DNA from: Callorhinchus milii
Taxonomy: Eukaryota
Assembly: GCF_018977255.1 (NCBI RefSeq)
Contig: NW_024704742.1
Location: forward strand, 41,976,001-42,036,000
Direction: 5' to 3'
Length of the DNA stretch: 60,000 bases
Made by a program: the position numbers and the translations under genes. Below, piece after piece: positions 49,003-60,000 of this stretch (the first letter of the stretch is position 1; each line of letters starts with the position of its first letter). A model generated the notes under the pieces. The model was not told where the DNA came from. It saw only the letters and a list, made by a program, of their open reading frames with translations, and made no database searches.

Positions 49003-49450
49003 ATAATAATCCTTGCATTTGATATAGCACCTTATAATACTGAAACATCTCAAAAGTTTTACCAGGGATTTTTGTGAAGTGCAATGACTATGTATTTTCA
49101 GGGACAACTAGCATGAGCACAGTAGCGTCTCTCAAGCAGCCACAAAGTGTATAACCAATTTTTTTTATCTGCGGGATTGTTGGCCAGTATGCCGGGAGAA
49201 ACTGCCTTCTCCTTTTGAATAGTGTCATGTGTTACCATCCACCTGAGCAAGCAGATGAGACCTCAGCCTCATTCAAAAGACTCCACGTTTGACAATGTAG
49301 TGAACCCCCAGCACAGCACTATACAAATGTAGTTTGTTGTTGTTGTTGCATTGGGCTGTTAGCCTAGACTACGAGCTCAAAGTGCCGACGTGTGACTTGA
49401 ACACACACAATCTTCAGAGACCAGAGTGCTATCGGTTGAGTCAAACTGAC
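49003..49450 (-). mobile_element. Deu-domain SINE (family B)
   Basis: Tail, Deu core and head (gagtgctatcggttgagtcaaactgac) all recognisable. Confidence 0.8.
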
Positions 49451-49708
49451 AATATAGATGCCAAACCTCAATGCGCATGTGACAAGAGGACTTAAGTGGG
49501 GAATAGAAGTCAGTGCTGGCATGTTTCATTGTAACTGAACATCAATGAGAGCTAATCTCTGTTTTTCTGACAATCTGTGTAGAGTTGTGAGTAAAATAAG
49601 GCAGTGGAAGCAATCAAGCTAAAATTCTAAGGCGTTGAATGAACTGGGCAGAAGACAACAAAAGAAATGGAAGAGGAGGAATCAAGCAGAGTCACCCCCT
49701 CACCATGG

Positions 49709-50102
49709 GGAGTCCTGTAGCGTATTGATTAGTGCATTTGTCTCGCAAGTGAGAATACCTGGGTTCGATTCCCAGCAGGGCGAAAGTTTAGGCAAGTTTC
49801 TTTACTCCACGCACCTCTGTTTACCTAACAGTAAGTAGGAACCCAGTTGTTAGTCAATTGGCAGATTGTTTTTCTGGGGGTAATAATCCCTTCAAATTTT
49901 TTAAAAATCTAATAATAATTTGGTCTCTCGATCCACGACTGTTTGTCACACTGCTTGGGACACTGCTGTGCGCAATTGGCTACGGAGTTTTGCCCACAAA
50001 ATGTACAGTCAATTCACTTTACAGTATATTCTGTGAAGCTCTTTGAGACATCTCGAAGGCATGTTAAGGTGCTATATCAAATGCAAGGATTACTATTATT
50101 AT
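49709..50102 (+). mobile_element. tRNA-derived SINE, family A, full length (intron 3)
   Basis: ggagtcctgtagc...gggttcgattccc (B box)...caaatgcaaggattactattatt. Confidence 0.9.
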
Positions 50103-51320
50103 GGGATTGAACTGGCTCCAAAGGAAGAGTAGATTGGTAATGGGTGTAAGTGCATCCTGTACAGAGCTGATTTTAAAGACTTATACCTAGCAAAGTCAGG
50201 TAGGGCTGCATTAATCCATTGCAGACTTGGAGGTGTAGTCCAGTCTGCATGTTAAACCCCTAACAGGAACTACGATTCTAACTGGAAAAGTACATGGTTA
50301 TCCTGTTTTATTAGTTCCATTGCACTGAGATGAAACATTTAGTTGAACCAGCAACAAGAACTCATAATGCGGTGTTCATTCTGCATTGAAGGGAGCCGTC
50401 AATGTAAGTTGTTGAATTGGGGGGGGAAGAACTGAAGGAAAATGACACATTCATCAGCAATTAATGAAAAATGTAGGTCTCTGCTGACCGGACAGCTGAC
50501 TGCATTATTTTAAGGAGAGATGTTGTGGGTGCTGCAGATGCACCAATTGCAATAAAAGAATGAATATTTGATCTTTTGGGACAATTCTACATTTCAAAAA
50601 TGTCTTTTTCTGTCTCTTATTTTACAGAAGCCATTCATTGCTTGTCAATCTTACCTTTTATTAAAAATCGTTAGACTTTCAGAAAGGTTGATGCGGATGT
50701 GTTGCAGTGAGAAGCTCTTAGAAACTCATTTGTTGGTGGGAAAAGGAGAGCTCTATGTCTATAATTGGATCCAATTAACAAAGACAGTACAATAGGCTTA
50801 TATAGTCTGCTTGAGACAGAGTTGTAAGTGATATTTCCACCTGACATTCGTGCGTAAGCTGCCTTTGAGGTAATGGGGTTAGTAGCATTTAGTTTCCTAA
50901 TAAGAATGCAAAGAATGTATGACAGGCAAGAATAGGGTTGTTTCCCCCTTCAATGTGGATACAAAATTAGTTCTGAATACTGCACAACACCCAATGGAAA
51001 GCTGCTGGTCCTCCTAATGTTGCACAGAACTTTCAGCTGTATCTAAAATAAAGTTTGTCCCCAAAAGTTTTCTCCCCATCTCCTGAATGTGTTGAATAGT
51101 GTCACTGTCAACCTTTCTCAAATTCACAATTTTGTACGTGTGAGCTTAGGCAGTAGAGCTCTAACTCTAGTGATCTTTTTGTTCCTCTTTTATAACTAGA
51201 TTTCTGCCTGCTGCACCCCACTGAATATCAGTGGCTTATTGAACTGTGAGGGGAATGATTGCTAAACTCAATCCACCCTCATGACTTCAGAGGCAGTACT
51301 TCAAACTGAAGATGTGGTTA

Positions 51321-51736
51321 TTGTGTAGGTGATCACCGTAGAGATGGCTACTGTGTAGGTGATCACTGTAGAGATGGCTACTGTGTAGGTCATCACTGCA
51401 GAGATGACTACTGTGTAGGTGATCACTGTAGAGACGGCTACTGTGTAGGTGATCACTGTAGAGACGGCTACTGTGTAGGTGATCACTGTAGAGACGACTA
51501 CTGTGTAGGTGATCACTGTAGAGATGACTACTGTGTAGGTGATCACTGTAGAGATGACTACTGTGTAGGTGATCACTGTAGAGATGACTACTGTGTAGGT
51601 GATCACTGTAGAGATGACTACTGTGTAAGTGATCACTGTAGAGATGACTACTGTGTAGGTGATCACTGTAGAGATGACTACTGTGTAGGTGATCACTGTA
51701 GAGATAGCTACTGTGTAGGCGATCACCGTAGAGATA
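51321..51736 (+). repeat. 30-bp minisatellite (ctgtgtaggtgatcactgtagagatgacta) x ~14 in intron 3
   Basis: Units start every 30 nt from 51321 to 51711; the ORF at 51301-51726 (ITYTVVISTV repeats) is a by-product. Confidence 0.97.
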
Positions 51737-52071
51737 CGTGGGTCTTACATCAGAAATGGGAAAGGTGTAGTTGGTTAGTGTGACCGTGGCTGCTGCACAG
51801 GTGTTATGGTACAGGAGGTAAAGTAGAAATGGTTACTGTCACCTGCCTCACTGAGTCTTCAGTCTTATCTTGCCTCTAGAGACATCAGTATGCAATACAT
51901 TTTTGAAAGCCAAAAGCGGGAACTTCATAAAGAATGATGCCCCATTTTCAGTGACAGTGCTTTATGTGTCAGACAGCATTGCCAAAAAATAGTGTTGCTT
52001 AGTGAGTCACTGGTTTTTGCTTTCAGCTCATCCTGCAGATGCTTGTTTGCACATGGTTCATTTTGTCAGTT

Positions 52072-52442
52072 AATAATAGTAATAATCTTTGGATTTAGAA
52101 GAGTGTCTAATGTCAAAATCTCTCAAAACGCTTTAAAGGGATTTGCTGTCAACTATGGTGAATAAATGTGGCAGCCAATGTGCACACATCAATGTCCCAC
52201 AAACAGCTATGCAGTGAATGACCAATTTATCTGGAGGATTTGTCGGCCAAGACGCTGGGAGAAACAACTTTCTCTTTTCAAGCAGTTTTGTAACATCTTT
52301 TACATCCTCTTGAACAGGCAGCTGTATCTTGGATTAACATTTCATTTGAAGGATGGCACATCTGACAGTACTCCTTTAGCATGGCAATGAAGTGCTGAGA
52401 CAGTGATCTTAAGATCTGATTTGGGCTTCAACCCACAAACTT
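52072..52442 (-). mobile_element. Deu-domain SINE (family B), degraded
   Basis: atcttttacatcctcttgaacaggca...taacatttcatttgaaggatggcacatctgaca. Confidence 0.72.
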
Positions 52443-54431
52443 CCATGGTAGTTATTCTACATGCCTATAACATTGATTTCCTTGGACATCCTGTATACTT
52501 GATATCAGTGAAATAATTCAGAATTATTTGTTGGCGTTCTGTTAAAGAACTTGATATTGAATTATGTGTAGGTGGGTTGCTGATGTAGTTGCATTGTTTC
52601 CACACGAACTTGAACAGCAACAACTTGCGCAGTTTGTTAAGATAATGTGGCAGAGCACTTTTGGATACCAAAGAGGGGAGGAAAAAGAATTCGGAATAAG
52701 TAAACTTTTTTTTCTTGAAGTGTCTTTTTAAAAAAAAAAACTGCCACTGATTTGTGTACTGCATCCCCATTGGGATGGGAATAAAATTTCATCAATTGAA
52801 ATATTGTTGAATAACTGTCCTGCTCCACCATGTTCCTTCTAGTTCCTAACAACTTTGCATTAGAGAAGGTTTAATAATACTAGATGGTCTAATAATAAGC
52901 AGTGCTTCCCTGAGCATGATCAGTTTTTAGCTTTTTAATTGTCTATATATTTTAAATGTTATGGTGAAAAGTTTCCTTTTTTTTATTGCTAACATGGCTT
53001 CTTCCTGCTTGGAAAGAAAACGTTACTATTGCGAAGTTCTCAATATCTTTCCTCTTTCTCAAGGTTGGGTTTTACGTGACCTTTTTATGGCTATTGATGT
53101 TGAAGTGAGGAATGGAGCCTATTTGCACTGAGCAGACCTTTTTACCAATTCAGATGGCAGGCTGCTGTTTGTTTTTCCCACATCTGTTTTGCACAGGTCC
53201 TTTGTGACAGTGTTTGCTGGATGCCGGCCCTTCCACTTTCTCCTGAAATGAGAAGCCCAGTTCTAACGGATGTTTCAAAATGTTAAAGGCAAACTCTGTT
53301 GCTTTCCACCCCCCTCCTCCTCTTTTATTATTATCTGCCCACAATGCGTGGACTGTATTTCACAAAACCAGTAGCTGTCATCTAGTCTGAAGTACCAAGC
53401 TGCAGGGCCCCACAGCTCTTAAACCTTGGTCTGAACGGACATGCTTTGTACACTGATTCCCCTTTGCAAAAGAAAAGATCCCCCCCACTCCCTTTTTAAC
53501 TCGAAAATTATTTTGTGAATGTTTTTGTGAGTGTCATAAAGTTCTGTAAATTCAGAGCACTGGTGTTCACAGAGCCAATGTAGTTTGTGCCGAGGCTCCC
53601 TAAGCAACAGGGTCAGTCATGCTGTGGAGGTTTGCTAGGGTGGGCAGAAGATCTTTACAAACGGCTTGACCAACCCGTGAGAGACGTCTTTAACTTTAAA
53701 ACCTTTTTAATTTAAAAGCCAGGTGCACTGATTTTTTAAAAAATATTAATAATTTTGGCAGATGGATGTATTGAGTTAAAAACCCACAAATCTGTTTAAA
53801 TTGTTTAAATTGGATGAGTGGGGGGGAAGAAGCTCCAGGGACTGAACTTTTTTTTCTCTCTTCTAACAATTATTTTTAAACTGGCGAGTAAGTGAAATGG
53901 TTGTGTAATTATTCAACTTGCCATAAATATGTAAAAGTTATAGTCGGTAAAAAACAATAAAGTGCAATTCACGAGAGGCAACGAGCAAAATAGTTGCTCA
54001 GGCTTGACTTTCTCATTACTCCACATCTCAGCACTTCCTGGTGGCTTTCCTGTGTTGCTGACTTGAGCTGTATATCTATAGGGAACACTCTTTACGTTCT
54101 GTAATGTCTTGGGTAAACTTTGCAGGACCACCTTGTGGAATTGGCAAACTGTTATCATACCCCGGCCAAATAAGTAACACGTTTTTCATTGGATACATGT
54201 GTAACACCTGTATCCATCAGAGCCGATACCCCTAATAAACACGTGAAGCAAACATTTGACAGGCCCCATCTGAAGAATATTAAACATCGGCACAATACTT
54301 TTATTATATAAAAACAGGGTAGTGGATTGCCTGGCTTTTCTCTGACTACTCAGCAAGATCTTTTAAGGGACGGTATCTTTTTACATTTTGTGCAGCATCA
54401 TATTTATTACTGCTTTCCCTCTCTTCTACAG

Positions 54432-54503
54432 TCGCCTGAACAGGAATAACCTACAGGTCTTGCCAGAGCTGCTTTTCCTGGGAACCCCAAAACTCTACAG
54501 ACT
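54432..54503 (+). CDS. SLIT2: Slit homolog 2, coding exon 4 (one LRR); gene continues beyond the window
   Basis: Acceptor tttccctctcttctacag|T; 72 nt; [24 protein letters not shown] (human SLIT2 [33 protein letters not shown] favours SLIT2 over SLIT1/3); donor CT|gtgagt. Confidence 0.96.
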
Positions 54504-57500
54504 GTGAGTAGTCCTGTCTTTTTTTAAACCACTCTGATATGAGAAACCACTTGGCTGTTTGCAATGATTGAGCGGACACTCCCAAACCGATTGCACCACA
54601 TCAGCACAGCTTGACTCTTGATACTTTTGCTCTTCAATCCAGCCAACAGTTGCAAATAACCATATAATTAGAGAGTTTTGTTATTCTGCTGTCTAGAGAG
54701 GGTATTTATTTTCACCTAATTGCTGCAATTTTTCAAAAGCCCTTACAGCTATCCTTTTTTTCTCGAACTTGTAGGATACAGTTGTAATTTGCGTTGTGTT
54801 TTCTTTCAAATCATAAATCAAAGTCAAAGCTCAAGTTCTCAGATAGCCTTGGGCACTTTGAATCAGCCAGATACAATCCGATGATAAGAAGCAAAGCGTT
54901 TCTTTCTTAAGCCGATGAAAGGAGCGGGAAGGTGGCTCTGCTTGGTTTGGTTTCAAACTGTTTATTCAGGATTTTCATGCATATTGGGAAGTCGTTGCAC
55001 AAACTACTAGTTGGTCATAACTAATCTATGGTTAATTAATTATCATATTTTGTCTTTTATTAAAAATTACCAAATAATGCAGTTTTTTTAAAACAAAGTT
55101 GAGATTTGAAACCTGTTGAAATGAATGATTGATGAGCAGTAAATATTTCCAGATTCATGTATTTATGACTTGAGCCACACATAGGTGACAATTCTTCGAG
55201 CGTGATATTTAATATTAAAATAAGGGAAGTGCTTGAAGTGACTGACCTCTTGGTAACTGGAGATGGATTGGGCACACACTGGCTTTCAGTCTTCCAGATG
55301 TAACTACTCATCGTCTGTACTGTCACTCAGAGTGAAATTGAAAAAAGTAGATAATTTTTACATTGCTCCAAATACTATTTCTGCTTTTGCTTGGGAGGGG
55401 AGAAAGACATGTTTCCTTGTATAGTTTTTTTTTAATGCGCATACAATATTTTTTTGTAAGCACTGCTGCCACTATTCTTGTGAAGTCTTTCAGAGAGGCT
55501 TGTTTACACAGGCGTAAACGGCAATTCCTTCAGACATTTCTAAATTGATGTAAGTCAGTGTAAATATCAAACTGATGTAAATTGGTTCAATGCGCGTTCA
55601 GCCTTAGGCACGCATCATAACGTTGGAATATCATTTGGGAAATGGTTTTAAAAGGCTCCTTTTAGCCATCAGTAAAATAATTGGGTTCTAACTGTAGACT
55701 AGTGAGACTGAATAACGGGTTTTATGCCATACTCAAGATGAATATGAATAAGGGCTGAATAAGCAGCAGACCTCATAACACACCACAGAGAGCTCGATAT
55801 CCTTCATGGGTCATAGGTCATCTATACAGCCACTTACTTGCACTATACAGATTCAACACATAAGAAATCTTATGTAGACCTTTATTAGTTGCTTTTATGA
55901 AATGGTTGAAAAATTGGATTTGAAATGAAAAATATGTTTTTTTACTGAAAATAAAAAAAAGTTTGCAGTTGATTCAATGAGCTGCGATGTATTTCTACTG
56001 CTGGTTAAAATGGATTTCTATTAGTGTAAGTCTTTTTCTGGTGGGAGGGTGATCATTTCAGTAACATAAGCAGATAATGTTCAGGGAGCCCTATTAACGA
56101 CGCTGTTTGCTTCAGTCGAATTATCAGGATTATTCACAGATTCTTTCTGCATACTTTGCCTACATAGACAACAGTTTGCTTGCTCACTGGGTTCTACCCA
56201 TAAGAATTTATTCAGTTTTATGTTTTATTATTGGTTCAGGATCAGCCACACTGGATTTGAAAATGCAGTACAGTAGAGCACGTACATCCACACTATCCAC
56301 ATGTCCACTTATCCTTTAAGGGAACTCAGGTGTATAGTATGGGAAAAAAAACTTCCAGTTGCTAACAAAGTGACAGGGTTTGTGATTTAACTGTGCAGCG
56401 ATTATGAACCAATCTGTGAACAATGGTAAGTGCTTATCCCTTCTTGATACAGTGTAGGTAAGAAACAGAGAAGATGTTAGAGAAAGAGTCTGAGAAAAGT
56501 CTTTAAGAGGAAGAGTAAGAGACAGACTGAAAAGGAGAGAAGGGTACGCACAATGCATAGTGTAGTGACAGTATAACACCTGACAGAAGCTTTTAGTTGG
56601 CTTTGTTGCCAGTTTGTATTTTACTTGATGACATGTAATCATCACTGTTTCGTATCTACAATGTGTGCCAATGAGTTCAGAAACTCAGCTCTGTACTGTA
56701 CTCACAAATTAGAAGTAGCTGCACTAATAACGATTTATGCTTTGTGAATGGTATTTTGGAAATTGGTAGGAAAATTGACTGGGTGGGGATGGAGTAAAAC
56801 TCTGATCCCAAATGTCAGCAAAAACTAATTATTTTCCGCCCTTTTGTTGGAATTATTGACCTTTCTTTTTCAGCAAAGAAACATCCCAAAAGCAAAGGCT
56901 AACCATGATCCCAGACTGGATGCAATTGAGACTGTTTATTTTTGTTGGTGACTTTTGGAATCAGAATTTTTCCAGATCCCACTGCCCCCCCAACAATTAT
57001 TTAATAAAATTTTATGACACTGAAGTTTTCTATTGGCGCAGTGACTTTGTTTAGCAGATATCACATTTTCATCTCCCATTGTTGCAGCTTTTCACATTCC
57101 AGTGGTTTTTTAGCAACTAGAAATTTGTGCTTTGTGGAGCTGCAATATTATTACTGTGATAGAAAAATGTTAGCAGTCAGCAGCCTCACTATATACTTGG
57201 CCAGTCAATAACTAGTTATTGGAATTATTTTCACAGTTGTAGTGCTTAGCTTTACAATGTTTACATATATCACATTTCTGACACTTTTCGCACGCTCACG
57301 TCACGGAAAAAGTTATTGCCAAGATTGATATTAGTCTTGGAAATCCTGGTAAGTAAATTGTAAACTTGACTGAACAGAGTGTCACAAGGTAACCAAACTG
57401 CTAAGATAAAGCTAGGCTGATGAGTGACACTGCAAACATTCTTTGAGCACAAGCCAGAACTTGGGCTGACCAGAATCCTTAGATGCTTTCTCCATTCAAC

Positions 57501-60000
57501 TTGTTCAGGTCTTTCAACCATCAGCATTGGTCGGTCTCTCCCACTGGTTTCTACTAGCAGTGGCCCAGAGGAGTTCACTGAATGAAAGTGATAAACCATC
57601 TCGGCTTCTAAAAAAGATTACTGTTTGCACTCTGCTTTCAACAGTTTGAATAAAATTAACATGATTTAATTTGAGAAATTTCCCTCTTTAAACAACAGCG
57701 TCAAAATGTCTATGGTACTCACTTTGCTCTTCTGGTCCTTAATATTCCTCCTCGATATAGGACAGTTGAGGGGCTCTTATCTGCCTAATCCAGTAGTTGA
57801 CTCCAGGATTACTCACATTTTAATATTATTTTACAATTGCCAAATAAGAAGGTGGCAGATGACCATTTTCCAGGGATCTGCCAGTACTGCTTGGTAAGTG
57901 CTCCCTTGAGGTGATTCTGAAAGCCCTTGTATTAGTGCTCTGCAGCTCGAGTGGTACAGTACAAACCCAAGGGCAGTGAATGTTTGTCACACCTCATTTA
58001 TACTGTCCTAACTGGGGACAATGGTTGGAGTGTTACATAACGTCGCAGAGGAAAAAGAGACTGGCAGAAATCTCTTTGCAGTCAACACAGGAAGAATATC
58101 AACAGCCAAAATTACATTTGTACAGGCCTTTCACATCAGGAAGACATCCCAAAGTGCTAGACAGTCAAGGATGTACACCCAAAGATGAGGAGGAGTGGAG
58201 GGGTAGAAGGATGATTGATTAATGTGTGTAAGTAATAGTCTATCTGGATGTATCAACAGCAAATTTAGAGGAATGTGTGTAGTGAGTGAGTGTGTGTGTG
58301 GGGTATGTAAGATAGATTTTAGTACTGTGTGTGTGTTTGTATATGTAATAGTCTATCTGGATATGTGATCAGTAGCCATGAGTCTGGACGTGTATGTAGG
58401 ACTCTGTGTCTATAGGATATAGGTGTGTAAGAAGTGCAGTCAATATGGATATTTATAATAAGAATTTAATAATGAACCTTGCATTTCACATAGCACTTTT
58501 CAGGTTGGGAGGACGTCACAGGATTTACTGTGAAGTGGAATGAGTATTTTGTAGGTGAATGCGGCAGTCAGTTTGCACGTAGCAAAGTCCCACAAATAGC
58601 CACAAAATGAGCAACCAATTTGGTTGTGTTTAATCTGCTGTGATGAAAAAAAATCTGCCATTGTCTTGAAGAACAAATACAGCACATTAAATTAAAAGGC
58701 TTTGCAGGCACAAACATTGTAATTTATTTGTGTGTATTTGAGTCTCGGGGAGTGTAGAGAGTAAAAGTAGTTCTTACCTAGTTCACTGTTCACTAGATGC
58801 TCTGATCTGTGACTCACGAACATAGTAAATTCCTCTACTGTAATTGGAGATCAGCAGGGTTAGTGTTTGTTAATCTGTCCAAAACTAACTAACACAGAAG
58901 TGATAACTGCTCTGTGTTTGTACATCTGTAGGATATTCACCAAATGTTTCATTTGAAACAGTCAAAGGAAAGATAATGAAGCTCAGAATTAGAATTATTT
59001 ATATAAGTATAAGAATTTAGCCTCCAATACCAAATTTGCTTCCTCAAGCAAACTGGTGAAGAGCTTAGCCTTTCATGAGTGAGGCAGAGAGCAGAGTGGA
59101 GATGGATAACATGGTGCTTTACGCTCAGCTGCGATGACAACTGAGCAGGATAATAAAATCACATCTCACACATTAAATAAACTCCATTGATTAGTTTCCC
59201 AGACCTGTTTTCATTCCTCCTCAGCTGGTTTGAAATTGATGTAGGCTTGAATACAAAGTGGTGAAAATTATGGTATTCCTCAATATATTCAACTATTTAA
59301 GAAGTGTGTCAAAATGTGTTTAGGAACTCAGCTCATCCACATAACTCTTCCCTCCCACCTCCCCCCCCCCCCCCCCCCCCCCCCCTCCTCCTCACACCAC
59401 ACACACACACACACACACATTGTATTGGATGCCATGGTTACTTGTTTGGGCTCAAAATCTATGGGTTCAAAGAAGAAGCATTTTGCCCACAAAATATTCA
59501 GTCAATTCACTTTACGGTATATTCTATGAAGCGCTTTGAGATCTCTCAAAGATGTGATCAAATGCAAGGATTATTATTATCTCTGGGCATTACAAGGTGA
59601 GAAAGCCATTGTAGGCAGGACAGAGCAGATGCTTGAAACCATTTTATTCTGAACAGAAGCACGACAAATACAATAACCATGTTGAGTAACGCAGACTTAA
59701 TAGAAATTATAGAAATGTGGAATTTATTCCCAAATAACATTTCAAAACTTTCGAGCAATTACAGAATCCTTCAGGATGACATTTTATGACCAGAGGTCTA
59801 AAATTCCAAATAGTCTTAGTTCGTAAGTCCCTTTTCCCCCCCAGACTTTAAACCGAATATTCCACATTAAACTTGGGAGCTGTTTTTCTGCATTTGTCAA
59901 AAAGAATGATTTCCAAATTAAGAGTAAATTCATGACATTTGTGCAGTTCTGCTCATTCTTAAATTTGGAGCCAGAATGGTCTTACAAACTATCAATAAAT

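Noticed and set aside
51301..51726. 141-aa ORF with 10-aa repeats; CRISPR-like regularity
   Set aside because: Head-to-tail 30-bp minisatellite with no unique spacers, no cas genes and a vertebrate context.
58231..58365. Direct repeat gtaatagtctatctggat, twice ~115 bp apart
   Set aside because: Local duplication within GT-rich low-complexity sequence; no further structure.
54504..60000. SLIT2 exon 5 and miR-218
   Set aside because: No DLSENQIQ-like exon or miR-218 sequence seen; both are expected further downstream.

Overview
Vertebrate nuclear DNA, most likely from a cartilaginous fish; this is inferred from the repeat families (Deu-domain tRNA-SINEs, shark-type CR1 and L2). The only protein-coding gene I can support is the 5' end of SLIT2 on the + strand. 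Coding exon 1 (38770-38957) encodes the signal peptide and LRR N-cap. Three 72-nt phase-2 LRR exons follow (42215-42286, 43895-43966, 54432-54503), and the gene continues past the window. SLIT2 is preceded by a CpG island, a GC-box/octamer/CCAAT promoter cluster near 37.05-37.15 kb, an ~0.8-kb G-rich tract and a long repeat-rich putative 5' leader. The upstream ~36 kb has no recognisable exon and is dense in decayed L2 and CR1 LINEs and at least three SINE families. The introns contain an ~875-bp (TATG)n array and a 30-bp minisatellite. I see no evidence of a new multi-gene system. The best unexplained signals are an unclassified A-tailed SINE-like family (two diverged copies, one nested in a DeuSINE), a ~230-bp near-perfect palindrome, ancient AmnSINE2-like copies, and the promoter/leader architecture. 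Repeat family names come from recalled consensus sequences, not a database search, and repeat boundaries are approximate.
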